Counted from the stretch's first letter, positions 18,501 through 28,220 are shown. The stretch: 64,000 nucleotides of DNA from Sulfurospirillaceae bacterium (GCA_033723415.1 JAWVXD010000004.1:64001-128000); one strand, 5' to 3'. The notes: generated by a model not told the origin, from the letters alone. A program made the numbers and translations.

Positions 18501-19959
18501 TATGCCTCTTGTTATGGGGCAAATGAAAACACCTGTAATTAGTATTGAAAATATTAGGATCATAAGAAGACATATGAATTCTCTAGCATTATCATATTTT
18601 TTAAAAGAAAATTATTGTGGTTATACTAATATTAAATTAAAAGAGTTTTTAGAACAAGATTCATTTGAAAAATTTAGAATATACATTAATTCAGAACCAA
18701 AAAAATTAAAAGATTCAATTAAAAATATTTTATCAGACAGCTTATATCATGAAATGGGGATAGAGACATGGCAATGGACAAAAGGGATCAAAGATGAAAA
18801 ATATGAAGGATGTTTAGATTTATGGAGTAAAATAGAAACAGAAGTGAAAACAGATATTTATGAATATACAAATTTGGAAAAAGAATATGTTGAGCAAAGA
18901 GAATATACAAAAGCAGAAAAAATAAAACATATTTTAAGTTACTATGAAAATATAGACATTATATCTCTTTTTAGCCAAAAGATATTTATTCCTAAATACG
19001 GGTTCCCTGTTGATACAGTTTCCTTGGATACTAAAAAAATTGGTTTAAAAAATATATCTTTGGATAGAGATATGAGTATTGCATTAAGAGAATATGCTCC
19101 TAATGAAGAAATAATAGCTGACAAAAAATTAATTACCAGTAACAACATGAAAATCATCAAAGGGAAAATGCCACAAATTGTAAAATTTTATTTTTGTCCA
19201 AAATGCGGATTTTTTGAAGAAGGTATCAATTTAAACTACCCTTCTCATTGTCCAAATTGTGCTGTAAAAATCAGAAATTCAAGTAAACTTAATTATATTG
19301 TTCCTATTTTTGGTTTTGAAGCATTAAAACCTTATAGTAAAATTCCACATAGAAAACCGATACCAAAATCAAAAATAAGAAGTTTTTATATTGGAGGAGA
19401 AGCTGAAATTGAAAATAAAAGATTTTCTACACTATCATTAAAACTTGCAAAAAGAGGAAAAATTACTTCAATTAATATAGATGTAAGAATAGATCTTAAT
19501 AATGGAGAGATAAATAACTCCATGACAAATGAAAATCGGTTAGGATACCATTTCTATACTGATGTTTTAATTGTTGAAAATATAAATCTTGGCAATAATC
19601 TTACAAAAAACTATTCTTTACTTTTTGCTTTGCTAGAAGGATCGAGCGAAGTTTTAGCAATAAAAAGAGAAGATATTAATGGTGTTTTAGTACCTTCCAA
19701 AGACTCCTATAAAATAGTTTTATACGATAGTGTTCCAGCAGGAGCAGGCTTTATGCAAGAAATTTATAAACATTTTGATGATGTTGTGAAATCAGCGATT
19801 AATATAGTAAAAATTTGTAAATGTGATGAAAATAGTTGCTGTCCAGTATGCTTGGAGCATATATCAAATCAACATCTAATTAATTTTATTAAAAGAAAAG
19901 AAGCACTCACAATATTGGAAAGTTTGGATACTATTGATGAGAAATATAATGTAATCTAA
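15556..19959 (+). CDS. YprA-like SF2 DEAH-box helicase with C-terminal DUF1998 (DruE/DrmAB-like)
   Basis: Motifs LYYHQ, TGTGSGKT, YPMNALANDQ, PPDILITNYSMLE, DEIH, SAT, FSDSR, STTFELGVDIG, QRAGRAGR; several CxxC pairs; DUF1998-type LYDSVPAGAG and CKC...CCPVCL. Confidence 0.92.
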   Translation: MRLNPISTYKRIEENYKNYLKTLFYSRNESINKKLSKEIDETKFTKGPFVEQTYKFEKGRSTIEYIKNNILHKDIEKILKPFELNSLYYHQQEVIEKSIINNQNIIISTGTGSGKTLSFLIPVINYILKNKTHGVKAIFLYPMNALANDQLKDLRIRLKNLPNITFGRYTGETQYSEKDAIETYRSQNIEILENEKKSREELLKNPPDILITNYSMLEFLLLRPKDNVLFNDNTWKYIVLDEIHTYDGAKGSEIGYLLRRLQDRVFRDNSPLCIGASATLGDERNNKQVAQFAQDIFGVIFEKNAIIRAKYKEQKILNNSLWKLNFKPSELLKDIEDNPSIAVLQKYKKGFQPSSDNFKETLYQLLENNYEVNRIKKLLLKTPLTIQELSKELEFDDENELASLIELSFKARKADEELLYAKYHFFIKASDGLYAILNDNGDVSEIFFDKKITYKNRKVFELSACANCGEIFLTGMKNKKDFLEIDAGDDSDILRLNSNKRIYLSNLLELNIDEDEDENTKKHELRYLDIRSGEISKEKKDGFLKFLEIKTRDDKDSIELCPNCGKYAKKNFPAINYRFVTGDEIPQSVILLPLYNSLSFKNKKKVLVFSDSRKDAAFFAPFFERIYNDAINRKKLLYILTKENRGIGYDEVIENYLFNQFKDKKKHDYVNLLINEFSLKDNKSLENIGLVKFTLEEQIEQEILKRLNFLCEYLLTKNDIKALLYILLSTMRASFAIDAEASIADALDLPFKNNAPSFKKRVDQPSIGWVGNNKRVKFLEKLLNISDKKSKEIMEKIWDSLTSTNIFSNDEGAKRLKIKNWNISLNKKIYRCNKCGKIHIWSAKKQCKVFGCSGLLNEITINDIEDAKYYINLYQNFIDSKHLKLESVMCIEEHTAQLGRENAQKVQLAFENGDVNILSCSTTFELGVDIGSLECVFLHNVPPNPSNYIQRAGRAGRSGDSTAFIATFSNRRAHDIKYFENPMPLVMGQMKTPVISIENIRIIRRHMNSLALSYFLKENYCGYTNIKLKEFLEQDSFEKFRIYINSEPKKLKDSIKNILSDSLYHEMGIETWQWTKGIKDEKYEGCLDLWSKIETEVKTDIYEYTNLEKEYVEQREYTKAEKIKHILSYYENIDIISLFSQKIFIPKYGFPVDTVSLDTKKIGLKNISLDRDMSIALREYAPNEEIIADKKLITSNNMKIIKGKMPQIVKFYFCPKCGFFEEGINLNYPSHCPNCAVKIRNSSKLNYIVPIFGFEALKPYSKIPHRKPIPKSKIRSFYIGGEAEIENKRFSTLSLKLAKRGKITSINIDVRIDLNNGEINNSMTNENRLGYHFYTDVLIVENINLGNNLTKNYSLLFALLEGSSEVLAIKREDINGVLVPSKDSYKIVLYDSVPAGAGFMQEIYKHFDDVVKSAINIVKICKCDENSCCPVCLEHISNQHLINFIKRKEALTILESLDTIDEKYNVI

Positions 19960-20078
19960 AAAAATATTTTCTTTATTCTTTATCTATTCTTAGTCCTAAA
20001 TAAAATCAAAGAAAAAAGAGGGCAGTGGAGACGAAGCTACTTTTCTAGATATTTTTAGACATATCTGTGAGAACTATA

Positions 20079-20390
20079 TCATATCCTAATCGGTTCATCC
20101 ACTTTTGCTTGCACCGATGCGATCTTTTGATGCAGACCATCGACGCGACTCGCTCTTATGTCAAATTTTGCACATGCATAGACGCGGTCATTCTCTTCAA
20201 GTTGGGTGTAGGCTTTTTCTAAAAGCTGTAGTGCTTCATGCATCGTTTTGGTTTCGATCACGGTGCTCATCGGTGTGAGTTTATAGGGAAACCCGCTATC
20301 TTGGATCAGCTTGATGATCTTGGCGACATCGGCACTTTTACTTTCTCCTCCGCTTAGCGGGAACATACTTAACTCCATCAAAACACTCAT
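20079..20390 (-). CDS. MTH1187/YkoF-family thiamine-binding protein
   Basis: ELSMFPL, YKLTPMSTVIE and KFDIR motifs. Confidence 0.85.
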   Translation of the reverse strand: MSVLMELSMFPLSGGESKSADVAKIIKLIQDSGFPYKLTPMSTVIETKTMHEALQLLEKAYTQLEENDRVYACAKFDIRASRVDGLHQKIASVQAKVDEPIRI

Positions 20391-20399
20391 AGTCTCTCC

Positions 20400-22118
20400 T
20401 TAACTGTCAAATCCACTTTTGAAAGTGTTGGTTTTTTTACTCACGACGATCTCTTTTTGCTTCTCTTTTCGCATCGTGTCTTTTTCTACAAAAAGAGGCT
20501 TTCTGCTTTTTGGCTCCAGTCCCGTGTAGTACATCAATGTCGAGTAGGTCGAGGGTGTGGGTGTGAAGACTTGGGCTTGTTCGGGACTCATTTTGAGCAC
20601 ATTGGTGGCAAAGTCTTTGAGATTGTACATATGCTTTTCCTCACAACCCGGATGCGCTGCGATCAGGTAGTAGGTCAAAAACTGCTTTTTGCCCGATTCT
20701 CGGTTCAGTTTATCAAAAAGCGCTTTGAACTCTACAAGTGATCGTTTTCCGGGTTTTCCCATGAGAGCAAGGATGTCATCATCGATATGCTCAGGAGCGA
20801 TCTTCATCTGTCCGCTGATGTGATGGTTGATGATCTCTTTGAGGTATTCATAGCCATGGGCTTTGTCATCGCTAATGAGATCATACCGCACGCCTGATGC
20901 GATAAAAGCTTTTTTGATGCCTTTGATCTTTCTCACCTTTCGCAACAGATCTATCTGCCTTTGGTGCGTTGGTTTGAGGGCTTTGCACATGGTCGGGAAC
21001 ATACAGCTTTTCTCTTCACAGGTGCCTTTTTTGATCTTTTTGCTGCACTCGTATCCGTACATGTTCGCAGTCGGTCCACCGATATCGGAGATGATGCCTT
21101 TAAAATCTTTATAGGTCGTAAAGAGCCTGGCTTCATCTAGTATCGACGCTTCACTTCGGCTTCGGATCGTGCGCCCTTGATGCACGCTGATCGCACAAAA
21201 GTTACACTCACCATAACAGCCTTGATGCGTAGAGATCGAGAATTTGATCGTCTCAAGCGCTTTGACCTTGCCTTCACGTTGATGATACGGATGCAGATCA
21301 CGCTCGTAAGGAAGCGCGCTCACCGCGTCTAGTTCTTGGGTATCAAGATACATCGAGGGAGGATTTTGGATCAGGTAGCGACTGTCCACTTTTTGGCACA
21401 ATCCTTTGGCGCTTATGGGGTCATTGTTGTGATAAAACAGATCAAACATGTCGATGAACTTGTGCTTGTCACTGAGCACTTCATCATGACTCGGTAGTTG
21501 GAGGTAGTCGCTTTTTGGCTCTTTTGAGATATAACTAAGCCCTCTTACATGATGAGGCTGGATGCCCTCTTTCAGCGCATCGGCAAACTCTACCACGCTT
21601 TTATCTGCCATGCCGTAGATCAGATAATCCGCCTTGGCATCAAAGATGATCGGCTTTCGGATCTTGTTCGACCAAAAGTCATAGTGACTCACCCGCCTCA
21701 AACTCGCTTCGATCCCACCAAGGACGATGGGTGCTGTCTCTTTGAAGTGCTGTCTTATGAGATTCGTATAGACCAAGCTCGCACGATCGGGTCGTTTTGT
21801 GTTTTTGCCACCCGGGGTATAGTCATCCTCTTGTCTGAATTTTTTAGTCGCCGTGTAGTTGGAAACCATCGAATCCACACTCCCGCCGCTGACGCCCCAA
21901 AAGAGTTTCGGCTCTCCCAGTCTTTTGATATCCACATCCGATGTCACATCAGGCTGACCGATGATACCCACACGATACCCCGCTTTTTCCAAGATCCTAC
22001 CCACGACGGCAACACCCATGTAAGGACTGTCGATATAAGCATCAGATGTCACCAAAATTACATCCAGATGTCGCCATCCTCTTTTTTTCATCTCAGCTCT
22101 GGTGGTGGGTAAAAACAT
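20400..22118 (-). CDS. ygiQ: YgiQ-family radical SAM protein
   Basis: MFLPTT start; DAYIDSP; GGIEASLRR; GCYGECNFC (CxxxCxxC); IAAHPGC; QVFTPTP. Confidence 0.93.
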   Translation of the reverse strand: MFLPTTRAEMKKRGWRHLDVILVTSDAYIDSPYMGVAVVGRILEKAGYRVGIIGQPDVTSDVDIKRLGEPKLFWGVSGGSVDSMVSNYTATKKFRQEDDYTPGGKNTKRPDRASLVYTNLIRQHFKETAPIVLGGIEASLRRVSHYDFWSNKIRKPIIFDAKADYLIYGMADKSVVEFADALKEGIQPHHVRGLSYISKEPKSDYLQLPSHDEVLSDKHKFIDMFDLFYHNNDPISAKGLCQKVDSRYLIQNPPSMYLDTQELDAVSALPYERDLHPYHQREGKVKALETIKFSISTHQGCYGECNFCAISVHQGRTIRSRSEASILDEARLFTTYKDFKGIISDIGGPTANMYGYECSKKIKKGTCEEKSCMFPTMCKALKPTHQRQIDLLRKVRKIKGIKKAFIASGVRYDLISDDKAHGYEYLKEIINHHISGQMKIAPEHIDDDILALMGKPGKRSLVEFKALFDKLNRESGKKQFLTYYLIAAHPGCEEKHMYNLKDFATNVLKMSPEQAQVFTPTPSTYSTLMYYTGLEPKSRKPLFVEKDTMRKEKQKEIVVSKKTNTFKSGFDS

Positions 22119-22240
22119 AAATCTCCTAAGTGCATTTAGTAAGACAAATATACCATATCGGCTCTATAAGTTGGCTTTAGAACCCAAAATCTCAATATTT
22201 ACTTTTTTTGGATATTCTTTGCAAAAATGAAAGAGTCACC

Positions 22241-22438
22241 ATGGAAGAGCGAACCATCACCTGTCCTTATTGTTGGGAGTCGATCAGCTTGTATCTGGAG
22301 CCTGATATCGGCGAAGAAAGTATCACGGTCGTCGAGGATTGCTATGTTTGCTGTAGTCCCATCGAGATCACTTATGCAGCCAGAGACGGCGTTGTGAAGA
22401 TCTATGATCATCACGCTATCGAGGGCAATAGTTTTTAA
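22241..22438 (+). CDS. CPXCG-motif cysteine-rich small protein
   Basis: CPYCWE and EDCYVCCSPI motifs; start refined to ATG 22241. Confidence 0.8.
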   Translation: MEERTITCPYCWESISLYLEPDIGEESITVVEDCYVCCSPIEITYAARDGVVKIYDHHAIEGNSF

Positions 22439-22495
22439 TTTTGCACGATTGGCTGTAAATTCAGATATGATTGCATTTAAATAAAGGAATTATAC

Positions 22496-22708
22496 ATGAT
22501 ATTTGAATTAGAAGACGATTATATAGAGTTATTTAAGCTGATCAAACTTGTGAATCTAGCCGATAGCGGTGCTGAGGCAAAGATACTCATCGAAGAGGGA
22601 CAAGTTAAGCGAAACGGAGAGATCGAGCTACGAAAACGAGCGAAGATCTTAGCAGATGAGACGATCCAGATCGCAGATGATATCATCGAAGTAAAATCAA
22701 AGAATTAA
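22496..22708 (+). CDS. S4-domain RNA-binding protein (YaaA/YbcJ family)
   Basis: YIELFKLIK...SGAEAK...VKRNGEIELRKRAK. Confidence 0.9.
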   Translation: MIFELEDDYIELFKLIKLVNLADSGAEAKILIEEGQVKRNGEIELRKRAKILADETIQIADDIIEVKSKN

Positions 22709-22715
22709 GCACTGA

Positions 22716-23429
22716 TCATATTCCTAAAAACTCCTCTACATCTCTTGCAATCTCATCTATCGCTTGGCTTGCAGGTTTGTAGAGCACTTTTGTATAGAGC
22801 GTGTCGTCTATAGCAATACTTGGTTCTAGGTTGTTGAGGATGGAGATTTTGATATCTGGATTCAAGAACATATCAGTATGGATCACATAACCGCTTGTTC
22901 CGATGACCACGAACATCTCACAATCGTCAAACTCTTGGTACATGACTTGATAATTAGGCGCTGCTTCGCCAAACATCACGATGTGAGGTCTCACTTTTTC
23001 ACTCTCACACCTCGGGCATCTACCGTCATAACTTTCGGCAGTTTTTTGGTATCCTACTTCGTAAAGTTCGCCGCATCTCTCACACTCCAAGTTGGTTAAA
23101 AAACCGTGCAGGTGAAGTACATCATGATGTACTATGCCTGCCTTTTCAAAAAGATCATCAACATTTTGCGTGATGATGGCGATGTCATCTTTGTATTTCT
23201 CTTTGAGTTTGGCGATGGTTTTATGAGCGTGGTTTGGCTCTTTGTCGATCAAATCAGCTCTTCTTTTGTCATAAAATTCCAAAGTCTGTTTTCTGTTTGT
23301 TACCAAACATCCCACGGTACAGATATCTTCGACCCGATACTGCTCCCACAGTCCACCGCTGTCTCTAAACGTGCTGATACCTGACTCCGCACTCACCCCG
23401 GCTCCGCTTAGTATGATGACCTTTGCCAT
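22716..23429 (-). CDS. cobB: NAD-dependent protein deacylase, Sir2 family
   Basis: GAGVSAESGISTFRD, TQNVD, HLHG, CxxC zinc pairs, RPHIVMFGE, IGTSG; YxxR desuccinylase-type motif. Confidence 0.9.
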   Translation of the reverse strand: MAKVIILSGAGVSAESGISTFRDSGGLWEQYRVEDICTVGCLVTNRKQTLEFYDKRRADLIDKEPNHAHKTIAKLKEKYKDDIAIITQNVDDLFEKAGIVHHDVLHLHGFLTNLECERCGELYEVGYQKTAESYDGRCPRCESEKVRPHIVMFGEAAPNYQVMYQEFDDCEMFVVIGTSGYVIHTDMFLNPDIKISILNNLEPSIAIDDTLYTKVLYKPASQAIDEIARDVEEFLGI

Positions 23430-23442
23430 GTGTTTTCCTCTT

Positions 23443-23976
23443 TTATATCTTTTTTAACAGCTTCAAAAACAGCTCTTTATCCCCATCATGATAACTCTCA
23501 AACTTCTTATCATATATCTGTGTGAGCTGATTTTCTAAAACACCCAAGGCACTGAGTGCCAAAGGCGTGAGCTCTATAAGCTTGACCCTTTTGTCCTTTG
23601 CATCCGTACTCTCGATCAAAAAGGAGGATTTCACGAGACGCTTGATTATCTCGCTACCTTTGGATATCTCATGATCAAAGCTGTTGATCAACACGCTTTT
23701 AGATAAAATCTTGTGTTTTTTCAACTCTTGCAGATAAAAATAATCATCCACAGAGTTAAGATTGCAACTTTTTAGCACTTTCCTACTCATATCTCGCATC
23801 TTGGAGTTTGATCTATTTAGGGCAAAAACGAGCGAAGAATTTGAGATCTTTTTAGTCGGTTTTTGTAGTTTATTTCTATGACACAGCCACTCTATAAATG
23901 CGTCTATAGAATCGGCTCCGTTATTATCGCTGTATTCTTTAGACAATTTCAATATATCTGTCAGTATTCCGATCAT
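23443..23976 (-). CDS. MarR-family transcriptional regulator
   Basis: Winged-helix segment EIIKRLVKSSFL...DKRVKLIELT; divergent from the ABC operon. Confidence 0.75.
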   Translation of the reverse strand: MIGILTDILKLSKEYSDNNGADSIDAFIEWLCHRNKLQKPTKKISNSSLVFALNRSNSKMRDMSRKVLKSCNLNSVDDYFYLQELKKHKILSKSVLINSFDHEISKGSEIIKRLVKSSFLIESTDAKDKRVKLIELTPLALSALGVLENQLTQIYDKKFESYHDGDKELFLKLLKKI

Positions 23977-24088
23977 ACAAATGCCCTTGATTTTATTTAT
24001 TATGATATTGTACTTTTTTATTACAAAAACATTGTATATTAAATTGATTTATATTACAATAAACGAACCGATAACAAAGGAGAGATCG

Positions 24089-24406
24089 ATGTCTTTCGTA
24101 GTCGTAGAAACATATACATACAAAAAAGGACAGCTTGCAAAACTGAAAAACTCTTTGGGCTCCTTTCTTCCTATCCTTGAAACACTTGAGGCGATCACTA
24201 ATATCGAGATCCTAGAAGACAAACAAAATACAAAACTACTCGGTGTCACTACTTGGGATTCAAAAGAAGCGTTTGATGCATTCTTGAGATCACCCATCAT
24301 GACACAGATGCTTGAATCAGAGCAGATGAAAGAGATCCAAGAAGCAAGTCTTGATCTGGATGTGCAGATGTATGAAAAAGTGGAGTTGAAAGATGATAAA
24401 GATTAA
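24089..24406 (+). CDS. Antibiotic-biosynthesis-monooxygenase (ABM)-like protein
   Basis: Start refined to ATG 24089 (AAGGAG SD); TTWDSKEAFDAF motif. Confidence 0.65.
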   Translation: MSFVVVETYTYKKGQLAKLKNSLGSFLPILETLEAITNIEILEDKQNTKLLGVTTWDSKEAFDAFLRSPIMTQMLESEQMKEIQEASLDLDVQMYEKVELKDDKD

Positions 24407-25130
24407 AAATATCCTGCTTTTCCTGCTCCTCTCTTATGCCATGCTACACGCTCAAAGTGCCAAAGAGATCATGCAAAAAGTAGATCACAACATGCGAGGT
24501 AAAAGCGTCTATATGGAACTCACCATGATAGTGAAAAATTTAGGCTATACCAGAACTATGAAACTTCAAAATTGGTCTGAGGGCAAAAACAAAAGTTTTG
24601 TAAAGATCACCTACCCTCCCAGAGACAAAGGTATCACTTTTCTGAGCTTAAACGGACAGATGTGGCAATATATCCCAAAGATAGAGCGAACCATCAAAAT
24701 CCCGCCTTCTATGATGCTCCAAAGCTGGATGGGTTCAGACATCACAAATGATGATGTTGTAAAAGAAAGCTCTTTGGTCGATGATTACGATGCGACGATC
24801 CAAAAAACACAAGCAGATATAGTGACCATCCAACTCATACCCAAAAAAGCTGCGGCGGTAGTCTGGGGTAAGATCATCCTAGAAATCGATACGGCGACCT
24901 ATACGATGAAAAAAGAGACCTTTTATGATGAGAGTGATAAAGCGGTGCGCTACTTCATCTATAAAAATATCAAAAAGATCGACGGCTACTATCTGCCGAC
25001 CTATTGGAAGGTGGTTCCTTTAGACAAAAAAAACGCCGACACGGTGCTTGAGATCCAAAATGCGAGGTACGATCAGGTCATCTCAGGAGAATACTTTAGG
25101 CAAAGCGCACTCAAGAGGTTTTCACGCTGA
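24393..25130 (+). CDS. LolA-like outer-membrane lipoprotein-sorting protein
   Basis: Signal peptide; PPRDKGITFL, MWQYIP and SWMGSDITNDD motifs. Confidence 0.85.
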   Translation: MIKIKNILLFLLLSYAMLHAQSAKEIMQKVDHNMRGKSVYMELTMIVKNLGYTRTMKLQNWSEGKNKSFVKITYPPRDKGITFLSLNGQMWQYIPKIERTIKIPPSMMLQSWMGSDITNDDVVKESSLVDDYDATIQKTQADIVTIQLIPKKAAAVVWGKIILEIDTATYTMKKETFYDESDKAVRYFIYKNIKKIDGYYLPTYWKVVPLDKKNADTVLEIQNARYDQVISGEYFRQSALKRFSR

Positions 25131-26347
25131 TGTTTGCTCTAGCGTTAAAGAACATCTTATTTTACAAAGGCAGAAGTATCACAAGTTTTGTCTTGATCTT
25201 CTTTTCCGCTTTGTTATTTATCGTCTATGTCTCCATGATGGACGGTTCACACAACTCTATGCTGAGAAATGCTCTTAACGTTTATACCGGAGCGATAGAA
25301 ATCTACAAAAAAGGATATCGCGATATAGGCGGAAATCAGTATCTTATAACAAATGTTTCAACCATAGAACAAAAATTACAAAACATCAAAGGCATCAAAA
25401 ACTTCACCTCAAGGTATGAGACGTACGGTCTGCTCTCTTTCAAAGATTTCTCTTCAGCTGCTATGGTAGCTGGGATCGATCCAAAGAGAGAAGAACACAT
25501 GAGTGAGCTAAAAACCGCCCTTATAAAAGGAAAATATCTAGATCAAAACTCACAAAACTGCCTTTATGCAGGCTCTGAATTAGTCAAAAAACTACATATC
25601 AATATCGGCGACAAAGTAGCTTTTATCGGTGAAGCATCGGATTATTCTTTTGCAGCGGATATGTTAAAGTTGTGCGGTATCTTTAGAACCGGTTCTTTCG
25701 AGTTTGATTCGATGGCGTCTTTTGTCTCAAGACCGTACTTTGATAACCTCATGTACTCCCAAAACAAAGCTTCCTACATCTCGATAGACGTAAATAACCT
25801 AAAAGAAGTGGACAGGATCAAAAACGAGATCGCAGCCAAAATGCCGCCTGATCTTGAGACGTTGAGCTGGAAAACATTGATGGAGCCCATGGTTCAGGCG
25901 ATGGAAGTGGACAGTGTTTTTGGATATATCAGTCTGGGACTGTTTTTCATCGTCATATTTTTTGTTGTCATGATCTTTGGATTTATCAATATCAGCTCCA
26001 GAGTCAATGAGTTTGGAATACTGCGCTGTATAGGCTTGTCAAAAACAGATATGTTCCTTTTGCTTTTTTATGAAATATTGATCCTCTCGACTTTGTCGAT
26101 CTTGTTCGCAACGCCCATCGGCGCTTATATCGCGTATTATTTTTCGTTGCATCCCATCACGATCGCGGGAATCAGCGAGACCTACAAACAATACGGGATC
26201 GTCTCGGATCAAATACCTTTTGATTTTAACCTTTTTACGATTTCCTGGAATGTCGCCGTGATATACATTTTGAGTTTTTTGAGTATCTTGTACCCTATCT
26301 TGTATATCAATAAATTCACACCTACCGAGGCGATACGCCATGTTTAA
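25130..26347 (+). CDS. ABC transporter permease, MacB/FtsX/LolE family
   Basis: N-terminal TM helix, large periplasmic domain, SRVNEFGILRCIG motif, three C-terminal TM helices. Confidence 0.88.
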   Translation: MFALALKNILFYKGRSITSFVLIFFSALLFIVYVSMMDGSHNSMLRNALNVYTGAIEIYKKGYRDIGGNQYLITNVSTIEQKLQNIKGIKNFTSRYETYGLLSFKDFSSAAMVAGIDPKREEHMSELKTALIKGKYLDQNSQNCLYAGSELVKKLHINIGDKVAFIGEASDYSFAADMLKLCGIFRTGSFEFDSMASFVSRPYFDNLMYSQNKASYISIDVNNLKEVDRIKNEIAAKMPPDLETLSWKTLMEPMVQAMEVDSVFGYISLGLFFIVIFFVVMIFGFINISSRVNEFGILRCIGLSKTDMFLLLFYEILILSTLSILFATPIGAYIAYYFSLHPITIAGISETYKQYGIVSDQIPFDFNLFTISWNVAVIYILSFLSILYPILYINKFTPTEAIRHV

Positions 26348-27551
26348 AGTAATCGTAAAACTTGCTTGGAGCAACGCTTTTTTAAGATTTTCAAGAACAT
26401 TTTTACTGGTTATCCTCATAGCCCTCAGCATGGCTTTAATGCTCTCCTTACAAGGTATCTATGACGGCATGACGCTCAATATGGTAGACAAAACGATCCG
26501 AAGCGACTGCGGGGAAGTCAGCATCTATCAAAAAGGCTACCGACTCAATCAAGTCTTGAGCAACAATATCAAAAACGCAGATGCAATTCTAAGAAAGCTA
26601 GATCATGATCCAAACGTCAAACTAGCTATCAAACGATTTAGTGTAGAGGGTTTGAGTTCTACTGCTAGAAAACAATCTTTTGCAAATATCATCGGTATCG
26701 ATCTCAAGCAAGAAGAAAGATTTGGCAAGTTTAGTCTCTTTTTGACAAAAGGAAAACTGAGCTTTGAAAATTACGGAGCTATTATCGGGAAGGGGCTTGC
26801 AGATAAACTCAAAGTCCATATCGGATCAAAAGTGATCTTTTCGACACAAAATGCCAAAGGAGAGATAAATGCTCTGTATCTCAAAGTGGCAGGGATCATC
26901 CAGACGACCAACATCAACATAGATAATTTTGCCATTTATGTTCCGATCAAGAGAGTCTATGATTTTTTGGGAGTCCCTCATGACGAAGCCACGCAGATAG
27001 CCATACGAACCGATAATGAAGCGTTTATCAAAACGCTAAAAAAAGAATATTCCAATTTGGACGTAGAAAGCCTGCTGGATCTCTATCCGATGCTAAAACA
27101 GATGGAAGATATCATGGCGATCTTCAACTCGATCACGTTTGCGATCGTCATGCTGGTCGTTTTTATCGGTATCTTGGGTGTCATGTACGTTTCTATCTTA
27201 GATCGAATTCGAGAGTTCGGTATCTTGCGAGCCATCGGGATGCCTTATGCTTATATCCGCTTGCAGATCTTCTTAGAAGCTCTTTTTGTCGGTCTCATCG
27301 GCTATATCTGCGGCGCGATCCTGGGTTATCTCTCGCTCAAATATCTACATATCTACGGACTTGATCTGAGTGCTTACTCTGCAGGATTAGAGAAGTTTGG
27401 GTACAGTTCGATCATCTATGCAAACATACAGGCGAGCTATTTTAGCTCTACGTTTTATGCGATCATAAGTGCATCCTTGTTGAGCGTTTTACTGCCTCTG
27501 AGGAAGATCAAAAATCTGAACCCTATCAAAGTTATAAAGGCAAATACATGA
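26340..27551 (+). CDS. ABC transporter permease, MacB/FtsX/LolE family
   Basis: Same topology as the preceding permease; DRIREFGILRAIG motif. Confidence 0.88.
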   Translation: MFKVIVKLAWSNAFLRFSRTFLLVILIALSMALMLSLQGIYDGMTLNMVDKTIRSDCGEVSIYQKGYRLNQVLSNNIKNADAILRKLDHDPNVKLAIKRFSVEGLSSTARKQSFANIIGIDLKQEERFGKFSLFLTKGKLSFENYGAIIGKGLADKLKVHIGSKVIFSTQNAKGEINALYLKVAGIIQTTNINIDNFAIYVPIKRVYDFLGVPHDEATQIAIRTDNEAFIKTLKKEYSNLDVESLLDLYPMLKQMEDIMAIFNSITFAIVMLVVFIGILGVMYVSILDRIREFGILRAIGMPYAYIRLQIFLEALFVGLIGYICGAILGYLSLKYLHIYGLDLSAYSAGLEKFGYSSIIYANIQASYFSSTFYAIISASLLSVLLPLRKIKNLNPIKVIKANT

Positions 27552-28216
27552 TTGTTTTAGAGAAGGTCAACAAATACTTTTACAAAGGCGAACCAAAAGA
27601 GATCCATGCCCTAAAAGACATCTCTCTTACTATCGAAGACGGTGAGTTTTCACTCATCAGCGGTCCCTCAGGGTGCGGCAAGACAACGCTTCTCAATGCC
27701 ATAGGCGCATTGGATAATGTGGATAGCGGTAAAATTTTTCTTGATGATAAAAACATAGCTGCCATGAACGAAAAAGAGCGAACGATACTGAGGCTCAACG
27801 AGCTTGGTTTTGTGTTTCAAGCTTACAACCTCATCCCGGTTTTAAGTGTCGAGGACAATATCGGTTTTATCATGAAACTGCGAGGCTTTTCAGACAAAGA
27901 GATCAAAAAGCGCGTTTTTGAAGTCGCCGAACTTTTAGAGATAAAGGATAAGCTAAATGCCCTGCCAAATGACTTAAGCGGAGGGCAACAACAAAGAGTG
28001 GCAGTGGCAAGAGCGGTAGCTGCAAAACCAAAAACGATACTAGCGGATGAGCCTACTGCAAATCTGGACTCTACGAACTCGGAAAAACTCATGGCGATGA
28101 TGCGCTCTTTAAATGAGAAAGAGGGAGTCAGCATCATCTTTGCTTCTCATGACGAATACGTGATGCAAAGCGTTAGACGAATCATCAAGCTCAATGACGG
28201 AGCTTTGGTTGAGTAA
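27548..28216 (+). CDS. ABC transporter ATP-binding protein, LolD-like
   Basis: GPSGCGKT, LSGGQQQRVA, ILADEPTANLD. Confidence 0.93.
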   Translation: MIVLEKVNKYFYKGEPKEIHALKDISLTIEDGEFSLISGPSGCGKTTLLNAIGALDNVDSGKIFLDDKNIAAMNEKERTILRLNELGFVFQAYNLIPVLSVEDNIGFIMKLRGFSDKEIKKRVFEVAELLEIKDKLNALPNDLSGGQQQRVAVARAVAAKPKTILADEPTANLDSTNSEKLMAMMRSLNEKEGVSIIFASHDEYVMQSVRRIIKLNDGALVE

Positions 28217-28220
28217 GATC

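Larger units (their letters stand above)
12633..20040. mobile_element. AT-rich genomic islet at the 3' end of selC (boundaries approximate)
   Basis: Visible drop in GC right after selC, with a return to flanking composition near 20.05 kb; carries only two large genes; no integrase or att duplication seen. Confidence 0.55.

Noticed and set aside
21549..22112. 187-aa plus-strand ORF, and similar antisense or nested ORFs such as 32683-33210, 53054-53302 and 57633-58031
   Set aside because: They are shadows of well-supported genes on the opposite strand and have no recognisable motifs.
22716..23429. Sir2 defence effector (Thoeris/DSR-like) linked to the island
   Set aside because: It is a standard-length CobB with zinc-binding and deacylase motifs, in housekeeping context outside the AT-rich island.
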